A DNA stretch of 64,000 nt from Promethearchaeota archaeon (GCA_048938855.1 JBHLLT010000016.1:123-64122); one strand, 5' to 3'. Positions 12,836 through 22,755 are shown, counted from the first letter of the stretch. Numbers and translations are program-made. Notes: generated by a model from the letters alone, not told the origin.

Positions 12836-14251
12836 ATGACTCATGTAAAAAAAGTTAAAAACAAAGATAATATAATTCGAAGAGCCGCTACATATTCAAC
12901 TGGACAAATTGCTGATCAAGCTGCATATCAATCTTTTACGTTTTTGGTTTTTACATTTTATTTTGCTGTTGTTCAGCTCCATATTGTTTTAATAACTATT
13001 GGTTTTATAATATGGGCAATCTGGAACAGCTTTAATGATCCTATGCTTGGATATTTATCAGATAGAACACATACAAAATATGGTCGTCGAATGCCATATA
13101 TTATAACTGCTTTAGTACCTTTAGGAATTGTTTCATTTTTACTATTTACACCCCCATTGCCAATAGGAATTGAAAATCAGGTAGGAAATTTCATTTATTT
13201 CATGATTACAATTATTTTATTTGAACTCTTCTATACAATGTACAGTCTTAATGCAACTTCACTATTTCCAGAAACTTTTATTACTAAAGATGAAAGAACA
13301 ACGGCTAATAATGTTAGGCAAGTTTTTCTTATTGTAGGATTAATTGTAGCATTTATATTGCCGGGTTTATTTATTGAAGACTATTCAAATTCTAGTACAA
13401 AAACTTTAAGAGAATATCAACTTTTTGGTATAGAACTTGCTATAATCATTATTATATTTGCAGCTTTTTTTGCACTGTTTACTCCCCGAGAAAAGCCTGA
13501 ATTCAGAGAAGATTACAAAAATGCGCCGAACTTTTTCAATACAATAAAAATGTGTGTGAAAAGTAAATCTTTTGCGTGGTTTATTCCTGTAATAATTGCT
13601 AATTGGTTTGTATATGGGATCTTGCCTACATTAGTACCAATTTATGCAAAAGCAGTTTTACATATGCAAGATGCATTTATGATCTCAATTTTATTAGGAT
13701 TTACATTTATATCTTCTGCTATTTTTATCACGATTTTATGGAAACCTGTAGTACGAAAACTTGGTAATAGGAATGCATGGATTATTTCAATGACAAGTTG
13801 GATTTTAACACTACTACCCTTAATGTTTCTTGGACCGAATATGGAAATACTTGCAATGATTGTATTCTTTTTTATTGGTTTAGGGTTATCAGGTTCTTTA
13901 TATATAACCGACTTAGTTATAGCGGACATTATTGATGAGGATGAAGTGAATACAGGTACTCGTAGAGAAGCAGGATATTATGGTGTAAACGCTTTTTTTC
14001 TAAGATTTGCGATTATAGTCGTATTTCTCAGCATTGGTCCAGTTTTTATCATCGCAGATTGGCCAGTTTTCACATATCCTGTCTCATATGAAGTTGAATT
14101 AGGACTCCGAATCTTAATGTTTGGCTATCCATGTGTAGCATTAATAATCGCGATCATTGCCATTTCTAAATTTCCATTACATGGCGAAAAATTAATTAAA
14201 GTAAAGGAAGCTCTTCAAAAACTTCATCAAGAAAAAAAATCTAAAATTTAA
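12836..14251 (+). CDS. glycoside-pentoside-hexuronide (GPH):cation symporter family / MFS transporter
   Basis: 471 aa with about 12 hydrophobic helices. It has the N-terminal GPH signature (YSTGQIADQAA....F..FY.......LGYLSDRT.TKYGRR.PYI). Confidence 0.8.
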   Translation: MTHVKKVKNKDNIIRRAATYSTGQIADQAAYQSFTFLVFTFYFAVVQLHIVLITIGFIIWAIWNSFNDPMLGYLSDRTHTKYGRRMPYIITALVPLGIVSFLLFTPPLPIGIENQVGNFIYFMITIILFELFYTMYSLNATSLFPETFITKDERTTANNVRQVFLIVGLIVAFILPGLFIEDYSNSSTKTLREYQLFGIELAIIIIIFAAFFALFTPREKPEFREDYKNAPNFFNTIKMCVKSKSFAWFIPVIIANWFVYGILPTLVPIYAKAVLHMQDAFMISILLGFTFISSAIFITILWKPVVRKLGNRNAWIISMTSWILTLLPLMFLGPNMEILAMIVFFFIGLGLSGSLYITDLVIADIIDEDEVNTGTRREAGYYGVNAFFLRFAIIVVFLSIGPVFIIADWPVFTYPVSYEVELGLRILMFGYPCVALIIAIIAISKFPLHGEKLIKVKEALQKLHQEKKSKI

Positions 14252-14263
14252 TATTTTTATTTT

Positions 14264-15571
14264 TTATTTTATTGCTTTTATTTTAGATATACCATTGCTT
14301 ATACGGTCTAATATTTCATCAAGTTCAGGCTTTTGTACTATTAAAGGTGGTAAAATTTTAAGAGTATCCTTTTTATTATTACAATAATCAAGTAATACTC
14401 CTTCTTTTATTATAGAAAGCATGGTTAATTGGCTATCTGTATCATTATAGAATTCAACACCCCACATTAGTCCCCTTCCTCTAATCTCTTTGATTAAATC
14501 AGAAAACTCATCCTTTATTTTTTCTAAGCCTTTCTTGAAATAATTACCCATTTCTTTAACGTGATCTAGGAATTTTTGATCTGATTGGATTTTTAACATT
14601 TCAAGAGTAATTGCACACCCAATATCAGATCCCCCTGTTGTTGAGATATGAACAAAAGGATCATCTTTATAAACAGCTTTTTCGATAAAGGGTTTATAAC
14701 TACAAGTTGATAATGGATAAATTCCTGCAGTCATACCTTTTCCTAATACCATAAAATCCGGTACTACTTTCTCATTTGGATAAAGACCACCATATATTGC
14801 CCATAAATGACCTGTTCGACCTAATCCTGCTTGTACTTCATCTATAATCATCATTGTCCCTGTTTCATCACAGATTTTCCTTACTTCTGTAAAATATCCT
14901 TCATTAGCAATCAGTATACCCGCTGTAGCTGGAATAGTTTCTAGTATAACACAAGCAATATCCTTCGTTACAGCAGCCTTCATAGCATTTATATCCCCAA
15001 ATGGAATTTGTTTAAAACCTGGAAGTTCCCAAAGGAACTTCTCTCTAAATTCTGGATCTCCTGTTGCTAAAGCAAATCCTGTATGACCATGATATCCACC
15101 TATAGCTGAAATGCAGCCTTTTCTTCTGGTATATGCTCTTGAAAACTTGATAGCACAATCTATCGATTCTCCTCCACCAACTCCAAAGGTAGTTTTGCTA
15201 ATATCACCTGGTAATAATTCAGCAAGTTTTTCTCCCAAAAGAGCTCTTTGTTCAGATAGAAGTATATGATCACCAATATCTAGGCCCTCCTCTAGTGCTT
15301 CCTTCAATAATTTAAAAATCCTCGGATTTTGATGCCCTAAGTTATATACACCTCCAGAAGTTCGACAATTATAGAATTCAAGTGGTGGTTCACCAGGTTT
15401 AGAACTCTCTAGCGCGCTTAATTTAAAACCATCTCTCTTCCCAGGAATAACACCTAATCCAATACTTTTAAAAAATCGCACTTTCGGACCATTTACATAC
15501 TTTGTATATAGTTTAAGCAATTCTTTTTGAGATAGACTTCCAATAAATTTTCTCTTAGCATTCCCTTTCAT
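14264..15571 (-). CDS. class-III PLP-dependent aminotransferase (acetylornithine/GABA-aminotransferase-like)
   Basis: IIDEVQAGLGRTG and the downstream LGKGMTAG (PLP Lys) are class-III aminotransferase signatures. Confidence 0.85.
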   Translation of the reverse strand: MKGNAKRKFIGSLSQKELLKLYTKYVNGPKVRFFKSIGLGVIPGKRDGFKLSALESSKPGEPPLEFYNCRTSGGVYNLGHQNPRIFKLLKEALEEGLDIGDHILLSEQRALLGEKLAELLPGDISKTTFGVGGGESIDCAIKFSRAYTRRKGCISAIGGYHGHTGFALATGDPEFREKFLWELPGFKQIPFGDINAMKAAVTKDIACVILETIPATAGILIANEGYFTEVRKICDETGTMMIIDEVQAGLGRTGHLWAIYGGLYPNEKVVPDFMVLGKGMTAGIYPLSTCSYKPFIEKAVYKDDPFVHISTTGGSDIGCAITLEMLKIQSDQKFLDHVKEMGNYFKKGLEKIKDEFSDLIKEIRGRGLMWGVEFYNDTDSQLTMLSIIKEGVLLDYCNNKKDTLKILPPLIVQKPELDEILDRISNGISKIKAIK

Positions 15572-15694
15572 AATCTTATCTAATGTGTTATTGTTTAATA
15601 AAAATTGTGAGAAATCGATAATTGAAATTCTTTAAATACATTTAACAAAGCTATAACAAGATAAGAAAAGAAAAAGGAAATTTAAAAAAAACAC

Positions 15695-16540
15695 TTAAAA
15701 TTCGTAGCCACATTTTTTACATACATGCTTCTTAGCATACATAGGAATATGGCCAACGTAGCTCAAAACTTTGCTTTTATCCTCGACAGTTTTGATGGAA
15801 GTTCCTGATTCACCACACATGGGGCAAGTTATTCGTTCATCGCTAGCAAAACCTCCCGAACCTATTTCTGGGGGTTTTAATTCGTCTAACTCATTTTCAA
15901 CCTCATGAAGATGTGCTGCAGTTGATTCTAATGTCTGTCCTTGTTCAGAAAGTTGATCACTTAATTCCTGAACTTGGGCGTCTCTTTGTAAGAGAGTGTT
16001 ATTTAACTCAGTTAATTGAGAATTCAACTGATTTATTTCACCTTGAGCTGTTGAGAGTTTAGAATTTAGCTCGTCAACTTGGCTAGTTAAACTTTCAGCT
16101 TTACTATTTGCTTCATTAAATTTTGTCTCGAATGCAGAAGCTTGTTCTAACTCTGACTTTAAGTTTGCTAATTCAGCAATTTTGTTTTCTAATTCTTCGG
16201 ATTTGGATTTATATTCTGCTAATTCCGTTTTGAGGTCATTATTCTCAGTATTTAAGTCCCGAATTACATCTTGATCATCTGCTTTAGTTTTTTCAAGATC
16301 TGCTTTCATTTCTGTAAACTGGTTTGCTTTTTGTTCAAGTTTAGATTGAGTATTATCTAACTCATTCATTGTATCTGCTAATTTATCTTTTGTTTGAGTT
16401 AATTCATTTTTGGTATCAGTTAATTGTTTTTCTAGATCATTCACTTTAGATCTAAGATCAAGTAAAAATCTTCCCTCTACTGCTAATTTTTTTTCTGGTT
16501 TCTGTTCGGCCTTTGCCCAGTCAATTGACAAATTAGTCAA
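15695..16540 (-). CDS. coiled-coil protein with C-terminal zinc ribbon
   Basis: 281 aa. About 200 aa of Q/E/L/N/K heptad-like sequence is followed by CPMCG...x33...CKKCG. The start codon is TTG. Confidence 0.6.
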   Translation of the reverse strand: MTNLSIDWAKAEQKPEKKLAVEGRFLLDLRSKVNDLEKQLTDTKNELTQTKDKLADTMNELDNTQSKLEQKANQFTEMKADLEKTKADDQDVIRDLNTENNDLKTELAEYKSKSEELENKIAELANLKSELEQASAFETKFNEANSKAESLTSQVDELNSKLSTAQGEINQLNSQLTELNNTLLQRDAQVQELSDQLSEQGQTLESTAAHLHEVENELDELKPPEIGSGGFASDERITCPMCGESGTSIKTVEDKSKVLSYVGHIPMYAKKHVCKKCGYEF

Positions 16541-16715
16541 CCTCGATTTTAAAATTTGTATTGATTTTATGAATTAATTTAATTAATAATATATAAATCA
16601 TAGTGTAATAAGTTTTTAATTATTTTTACTTTTAAATTTGATTTTGCTAGATTCAGTATCATGATTTAATTATGTTCGAGATTATAATATAATATGAAGA
16701 AATCAATTATGGAGA

Positions 16716-17594
16716 ATGGTTATTAATATGGAAATCACAGATGATTCAAAATTCAAAGTTGATTATATTTCCACCTCAGGAGTATATAAAACTCCATTTA
16801 CACTGATTATTATAGTACAATTTTTAGTCGGATGTTTTATTTTTTTAATTATAAATATCTGGTTTTACAATGATCTTTATTATCTCTTAACAGGTAACAG
16901 ATTTTTACAATTTTTAATGATAGGTCAATGGTGGGAGTGGTTTCTCCTTCCGTTGAATATATATGGGAACTTACTCTTATTTGCATTTTCTATTATTTTA
17001 TTCTCCGCAGTTCTTTTTAAGGTTTTAAATAAATTATGCCCTCCACAAGAGGGAGTATTCGAGAGAGGCAGTAAGGAATGGAAATATACCCATCGAAGAT
17101 TTTGGACTGCCTATTTTCCGATTTGGCTAGCAAGAGCTCTACCTTTGCCATGGTCTGATATATTTGTATATCGGTTTTTCGGGATCCAAATAGGAAAGAA
17201 TGTAGTCGCGTATGAAGGATATATAGATCCAGAATTAATTGAAATTGGAGATTTTACAATGACTTCATTAAATATTTGTATATTTTCACATCTAATATCC
17301 CAAGATAAGATATTGATTAAAAAGGTTAAAATAGGTAAGGCTTGCATTGTTGGGCCTCACACCATAATAAGCCCTGGAACAACAATGCAGGATGAAGCAG
17401 TTTTAGGAGTAAATAGTTATACCTGGATTGATCAAAATTTGGAAGGGAATTTGATTCATGTAGGAATACCAGTTAGTATAACATTACCGATACAATCAGT
17501 TGAGGATTCCCAGAAAAAGGCTGAAAGAGTAAAAGCAGGATCACTAGAAGAGAGTAAATTGAATCAAAAGAGTAATGAAGGAGGATTAGATTGA
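16716..17594 (+). CDS. membrane-anchored hexapeptide-repeat (left-handed beta-helix) acyltransferase-like protein
   Basis: N-terminal TM helices, then imperfect hexapeptide repeats (IGKNVVAYEGYI..., VKIGKACIVGPHTIISPGTTM...). Confidence 0.6.
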   Translation: MVINMEITDDSKFKVDYISTSGVYKTPFTLIIIVQFLVGCFIFLIINIWFYNDLYYLLTGNRFLQFLMIGQWWEWFLLPLNIYGNLLLFAFSIILFSAVLFKVLNKLCPPQEGVFERGSKEWKYTHRRFWTAYFPIWLARALPLPWSDIFVYRFFGIQIGKNVVAYEGYIDPELIEIGDFTMTSLNICIFSHLISQDKILIKKVKIGKACIVGPHTIISPGTTMQDEAVLGVNSYTWIDQNLEGNLIHVGIPVSITLPIQSVEDSQKKAERVKAGSLEESKLNQKSNEGGLD

Positions 17595-17597
17595 GAG

Positions 17598-18335
17598 ATG
17601 TTTCAACCGGCTAGTTTAAAAGGAGATTCCCCAACTCCCATAGATGAGAGGCTTAGAAATAAATATCTTATTTTGTATTTCGCTATAATTATCATAAGTT
17701 TTATCCCGTGTGTATTATTTGAATGGTTATATGCCATATTATTTTGGAGAGAAGGTTTATATTTATTATTTATTTTTATTTTCCCTATAAATCTATTAAT
17801 TTTACTCCATTTATTACAGGTTAGTGCAATTTTAATTTCGGTTCTAGTTTTAACAATATTAAAACTAATCTATGCTCCAAAAGAAGGAGTTTTTACTAGA
17901 GATATTAAAGATAAGGATTACTTTTACTGGAATTTGAGAAATATTGTTAAAAAATGGCCCCTTTTTATAACTGCTTCGAATCCATTTCCATGGTTAAAAA
18001 ATCGATTCACACTTCGATTCTTTGGGGTAAAAATAGGAAAAAATGGGATCCACGATAATAGTTGGATATCTTCTGAATTTGTATCCATAGGTAAAAATGT
18101 TATAGTTGGTATGAATAGTAATATATTGAGTTTTGGAATTGAGCAAGATAAATTTATTTTAAAGAAGATTATTATAGAAGATGATGTATTAATTGGAGCT
18201 AAATGTGTATTACTTCCAGGAACTTATATTAAAACTAATGTCAAGTTATCTGCTCATTCTTATACAAAAACTAATCAAATACTAAAAGAAAATTCGATAT
18301 ATATAGGTCATCCGGCAAAATTAAAAGAGAGCTAA
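17598..18335 (+). CDS. membrane-anchored hexapeptide-repeat acyltransferase-like protein (paralogue of 16716-17594)
   Basis: Same architecture as the upstream gene. The shared motif PxEGVF.R......Y..W/RF...FG(I/V)(Q/K)IGKN precedes the LbH repeats. It starts 4 nt after the upstream stop codon. Confidence 0.6.
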   Translation: MFQPASLKGDSPTPIDERLRNKYLILYFAIIIISFIPCVLFEWLYAILFWREGLYLLFIFIFPINLLILLHLLQVSAILISVLVLTILKLIYAPKEGVFTRDIKDKDYFYWNLRNIVKKWPLFITASNPFPWLKNRFTLRFFGVKIGKNGIHDNSWISSEFVSIGKNVIVGMNSNILSFGIEQDKFILKKIIIEDDVLIGAKCVLLPGTYIKTNVKLSAHSYTKTNQILKENSIYIGHPAKLKES

Positions 18336-18340
18336 AGAAA

Positions 18341-19936
18341 ATGATCTCAGAAAAAAGTGTGAAATTAAAAGCAGAAAAAGGAAAAACATCAAAAAAAAGA
18401 ATTGTTATTGTTTCAGATACTCATATCACTCGTACTAGAGGTCCTTTTAATCTTCATGCCTTTAATATGGGGATACAGAAAATAAATAATATAAAAAATG
18501 TAGATCTGTATCTACATCTTGGAGACATTACTCACACTGGAACACTTCTGGAATATGAATATGCAATGGAACAATTTAAGAAATTTAATCCAATCTCTAA
18601 ATGTCCATTAATGATTTTGATAGGAAATCACGATGCTATGAATGTTGGCTATCTTTTATTTGAGGAAATGATCGGTCGACGGCATTATGAATATGAAGAT
18701 GATGAATTATATGTTATTGGAATAGATAGTACAAAGCCAGACTTACCCGGAGGAATTATTCATCATAACGTAATTGAAGCAATAAGAAAAAGATTAGAAA
18801 AACCAGCTCGAGATAATAAATTTAAGGTTGTATGTTTTCATCATCAACTCATTCCCATACCAAATACAGGAAAAGAAAGATCCGCTATTGATGACTCTGG
18901 AGATATGCTAAAAATGCTCTTAGATGCAGGGGCAGATCTAGTGTTAAATGGTCATAGACATACTTCTAATTTATATACTGTGAGTAGTACTGATAAAGAT
19001 TTATTTATATTTAATGCAGGTACTTTTTGCTGTAATAAAACAAGATATCGAGACCTATTTACTTACACAATTATTGATATAGACCAGAATAATCTTACTT
19101 TCAAAATTATTCCTATATTAGAAAATGATGCGAAGAGTGAAATTCATCGCAATGTTAATTACTATCTTCCACTCGATTTGAAGATAGATCAAAAACCAAT
19201 CTGTAAATTTATTCAATTATCACATTCTTTAATTAAAGCTGAATCTGATCTCGAAATTACTAATCTCGATAAAGCTATTGGTGAAATTAATAGAATAAAA
19301 GATGTCGATTTAGTTGTACATGTAGGAAATGTAACTCAAAATAGTTATAAAGAAGAATTTAGAATTGCGAAAGAAAAAATTGATAAATTAAAACATCCAT
19401 ATCTTGTTGTACCTGGTTTTACAGATTCAAAACCACCTGCTTGGGAATATTGGAAACAATATTTTGGAGAATTTGATCCCTTATTTGAAAATGATAAATT
19501 ATACTTCCAAGGCTTAAATTCTACCACAAGAGATTCTACTGAAGGTTTTATTGGAAGAAAGAGAATGAATAATTTTATAGAAAAAGTCTTATCCCTAAGT
19601 CATCAAAAGATATTTGGAGTTTGTTGTTTTCATAGCCTAATTCCTACTCCTTTAAGCGTATGGAGGACGGAATTAATTGACTCAGGTGATGTACTTTCTC
19701 AATTTGCTCGTTCACAAATTGATCTCTGTTTAAATGGTTCTCCTAGCATTTCATTCAATGTAAAAATCGATCATACAATATTTTCTAATGGTGGAAATCT
19801 TAATCCAGAACGCTTTGATGAGACGTTTGTTGAAATCGATATTTATGAAAAAGGTAATGTTGTGTTAAAAGAACATAATTTAAGAACAGGTATAATTAAA
19901 CCAGTTGGTAATTATAATATCACAATTTTTATTTAA
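18341..19936 (+). CDS. tandem calcineurin-like metallophosphoesterase (intact N-terminal domain + degenerate C-terminal copy)
   Basis: The N-terminal domain has VIVSDTHI, GDITHTG, GNHD and GHRHT. The C-terminal repeat keeps the fold pattern (VVHVGNVT..., CFHS...) but lacks the metal-ligand motifs. Confidence 0.7.
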   Translation: MISEKSVKLKAEKGKTSKKRIVIVSDTHITRTRGPFNLHAFNMGIQKINNIKNVDLYLHLGDITHTGTLLEYEYAMEQFKKFNPISKCPLMILIGNHDAMNVGYLLFEEMIGRRHYEYEDDELYVIGIDSTKPDLPGGIIHHNVIEAIRKRLEKPARDNKFKVVCFHHQLIPIPNTGKERSAIDDSGDMLKMLLDAGADLVLNGHRHTSNLYTVSSTDKDLFIFNAGTFCCNKTRYRDLFTYTIIDIDQNNLTFKIIPILENDAKSEIHRNVNYYLPLDLKIDQKPICKFIQLSHSLIKAESDLEITNLDKAIGEINRIKDVDLVVHVGNVTQNSYKEEFRIAKEKIDKLKHPYLVVPGFTDSKPPAWEYWKQYFGEFDPLFENDKLYFQGLNSTTRDSTEGFIGRKRMNNFIEKVLSLSHQKIFGVCCFHSLIPTPLSVWRTELIDSGDVLSQFARSQIDLCLNGSPSISFNVKIDHTIFSNGGNLNPERFDETFVEIDIYEKGNVVLKEHNLRTGIIKPVGNYNITIFI

Positions 19937-20068
19937 GCATGATTATTCGGGCAAATAAAACTTCGCTAGGGTAAATTAGAGGCTATATTTAATAAAGCTT
20001 AACCTTAATAAGGATTTAGCGTTAATACAATTTAATTGAATAATAGAGATCTTAGAACGGACATATTT

Positions 20069-20350
20069 ATGGCAAAAGTGAAACTTCATTTATTAAATAT
20101 TTTTCAGCTTAGAACAGAGAAGAAATGTATAAATTACGAAGGGAAAACGGTAAGGGATATAATCTCTCAATTTCTCAATGAATATAGAGAAAAACTTGAT
20201 GATGCGCTCTTTGATAAAAATAAGACCAAGTTTAATTCTCAAATCCTTATTTTGTTAAATGGTAGGAATATTAAATATTTAAAAAACTATAAAACCATCC
20301 TAAAAGACGGAGATGAGCTTTACCTATCCTATGCTTTAGCTGGAGGGTGA
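20069..20350 (+). CDS. ubiquitin-like beta-grasp protein of the ThiS/MoaD family ending in Gly-Gly
   Basis: The ATG at 20069 (in frame with the TTG at 20036 in the ORF track) gives about 93 aa ending ...LLNGRNI......LKDGDELYLSYALAGG*, the typical ThiS/MoaD/SAMP C-terminus. Confidence 0.65.
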   Translation: MAKVKLHLLNIFQLRTEKKCINYEGKTVRDIISQFLNEYREKLDDALFDKNKTKFNSQILILLNGRNIKYLKNYKTILKDGDELYLSYALAGG

Positions 20351-20445
20351 AAATTTAAGATTTTCAAACATTAATCTTAAATAATTAAATCATCTTTATT
20401 TCTTTACGAAAAGTGATTATTTATTAATTGTTTTTAATATTGAAT

Positions 20446-21431
20446 ATGTTAGAAGATTTATCAATAAAAACATTTCAATATATATTAGGTGATTTTTTAC
20501 GACCAAGAAAATATGTGTTATAGGTCTTGATAATGCCGGTAAAACAAGTATCATAACAGCGATTACCAGAAGGTTTGGTTTTGAGGAAGAAATAGCTAGA
20601 TTAGTACCAACAAGAAGAATAGCGCGTGATACTTTTAAATTTTTGGGTATCGAGTTTACAAGAATGGATTTTGGGGGTCAAAAACAATATCGAGATGAAT
20701 ACCTAAAGCATCCTGAAAAATATCTAAGCGGAACAGATTTAATGTTTTATGTTATAGATGCACAGGATTTTAATCGATATATCGAATCTATAGATTATTT
20801 AGAAGAAGTATTACTTTTTTTGAAGGAAGAACAAGATTATGTTCCAATATGCATTCTTTTTCATAAATTCGACCCCCAACTCGTGGATGACGTACAAATT
20901 AATAAGAGAATCCTTACTTTAAAACAAGCATTAACAAGATATTCCAATGATTTTGATATTTTTTTCTTTGAAACAACGATATTTGATATTAAATCAGTCA
21001 TGGATGCCTTTTCAAGTGGATTGTCAATGTTGTTCGAAAAGGTTGAAATGGTTTCACAATTATTCGCTGAAATAGGTACTAATTATAATTCTATTTTAAT
21101 GGCATTATTTGATTCTCGAGGTTTGACTGTAGGAGAATGGTATAGACCACATCTTCAATTAACAGAGAAAATAAAGATTTATGAAAAATATATGGATCTA
21201 CAAAAACGAATAGTCGAAGAAAATAGACGTCTGCTCGAATTTTCTGATGTTTTTGAAAGTGGAGAGAGATTTTCAGGTATAATTGAGGTACTCAAATTTG
21301 GGAAGATGGATTTTTATTTATTATTCATTATTGAAGAGGATGAAGATTTACAGAAAACTGTTTCAATATTAGATAAAATTGAGGCCGCAAAACCTCAAAT
21401 GGAGAATCTTATTTTGCAAATAATTCAATAA
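20446..21431 (+). CDS. Arf/Rag(Gtr)-like small GTPase with C-terminal roadblock-like domain; reading frame interrupted by a -1 shift near 20493-20499
   Basis: The ATG at 20446 opens frame A (MLEDLSIKTFQYILGDFL..., TAG at 20521). The P-loop ICVIGLDNAGKTS, G3 MDFGGQ and G4 HKFD lie in the -1 frame, which continues as the track ORF 20643-21431. The -1 frame has no ATG/GTG/TTG between its TGA (20490) and the P-loop. The joined length of about 328 aa matches the 321 aa paralogue at 11552-12517. Confidence 0.6.
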
Positions 21432-21444
21432 TAGTAAGTTAAAT

Positions 21445-21549
21445 CGCAGCTGGAGGGATTCGAACCCCCGAGCGCTTTCGCGCACCGGCTTTCTTGATCT
21501 CAATAAATAATACTCGAGGCCGGCGTCTTACCATCTAGGCTACAGCTGC
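21445..21549 (-). tRNA. tRNA-Ser (anticodon CGA) with a ~22-nt intron at the canonical 37/38 position
   Basis: The reverse complement gives acceptor GCAGCTG/CAGCTGC, a D-loop with GG, anticodon stem CCGGC/GCCGG and loop CU-CGA-G[intron TATTATTTATTGAGATCAAGAA, 21491-21512]A. The long variable arm GCGC-GAAA-GCGC marks a type II tRNA. The T-arm is GGGGG-TTCGAAT-CCCTC and the discriminator is G. The D-stem has one C.A mismatch. Confidence 0.75.
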
Positions 21550-21680
21550 ATTCTTATTAAATATAATCTAATAATCTTAAAATGTGGTAAGTAAAAAATT
21601 ATTTCTTTTTTAATCCATAGAATTATCAAAAAATAAGTAGATTGCTTAATAATAATGATCAAACTTAATTCTAAGTGATG

Positions 21681-21980
21681 TTAGTTCGAGGGAACGTATA
21701 TTTTCAATTTTAAACAAGGATCAAGTAATTTAATCAAACCATCTTCTTCGTATTGCTTTAAAAGTAATTTTGCTGTAGAAACTCTAATATCGTATTTAAG
21801 CGCAATATCTGTGGCTAAAATTGTTTTTTTTTTTAAGATTGATTCCTTTATTTCTTTTTCAAGCGGTTTTGGAATAAAAGCATCTCTCTCCACAATATTT
21901 ATTTGTTTAGTTCTTCCATATTTTCTTCTTAGATTTAGAGTAGCTTTTCTTACAATTTGCTTTTCTTCCTTTTCTGACAT
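21681..21980 (-). CDS. rps25e: ribosomal protein eS25
   Basis: 99 aa with a basic N-terminus and a winged-helix segment (TILATDIALKYDIRVSTAKLLLKQYEEDGLIKLL) typical of S25e. Confidence 0.65.
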   Translation of the reverse strand: MSEKEEKQIVRKATLNLRRKYGRTKQINIVERDAFIPKPLEKEIKESILKKKTILATDIALKYDIRVSTAKLLLKQYEEDGLIKLLDPCLKLKIYVPSN

Positions 21981-22122
21981 ATTGTTTCACATCAAATGAA
22001 TTAAAGTATAGGAATCTGAATGAAATTATAAATATTTAAAATTTAATAAAATTTTTGATTTAATAGTAAACCTTAGATTTCTAGGATTATAAGCTAATTA
22101 AAATATTCAATCTCAACAGAAA

Positions 22123-22755
22123 TTGAGCGATAAATATAGTTTTGATGTAAAACGAAAGAGACCAGAAGATATCTATTCTAATCCTCTAGATTATTTTAAA
22201 GGAGAAATCTTAGAACAATATGCTACTTCAAAAAGTATTATGAAAACACAAGAAAAGATTACGATTAGGGCATTGGAAATTTTAAATCTATGTGAAGAAG
22301 ATACTCTTATTTTGGACGCTGGTACTGGCCCTGGGTTTACATCAATGTATTTAAATGAGATAGGTTATAAGACTGTAGCTATAGATATTATACCAGAATT
22401 CTTGACTTATTATGATCTAAGAGAGTTAAATCCCATTGTTTCAGATATGTGTTTCCCTCCTTTTAAACCCCATACATTTGATGCAATTATCTCAATTTCT
22501 TCTTTACAATGGATTTATAAAGATCTAGATAATAATTTGATGAAAAATCTGATAATTAAATTAGCAAGATCTTTTTTTCAAATTTTAAAACCAGAAAAAA
22601 GGGCAGTTTTCCAGTTTTATCCTAAAAGTAAAAAATTTCTTGACAGTATTGGTAAAATATTCTTAAGTGAAACTAAATTTTCGGGTCAGTTCATTATAGA
22701 TAATCCTAAAAGTCCAAAAAAAAGAAAAATTTATTTATTTTTAGAAAAGGATTAA
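22123..22755 (+). CDS. SAM-dependent methyltransferase, Bud23/WBSCR22-like (SSU rRNA m7G methyltransferase-like)
   Basis: The N-terminal RPEDIY....Y......S.......I..RALEIL.L.....ILDAGTGPGF.S..L...GY....IDI parallels Bud23 (PE.FY....Y...SR...IQ....RALELL.L....LLDIGCGSGLS), as recalled from memory. Confidence 0.65.
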   Translation: MSDKYSFDVKRKRPEDIYSNPLDYFKGEILEQYATSKSIMKTQEKITIRALEILNLCEEDTLILDAGTGPGFTSMYLNEIGYKTVAIDIIPEFLTYYDLRELNPIVSDMCFPPFKPHTFDAIISISSLQWIYKDLDNNLMKNLIIKLARSFFQILKPEKRAVFQFYPKSKKFLDSIGKIFLSETKFSGQFIIDNPKSPKKRKIYLFLEKD

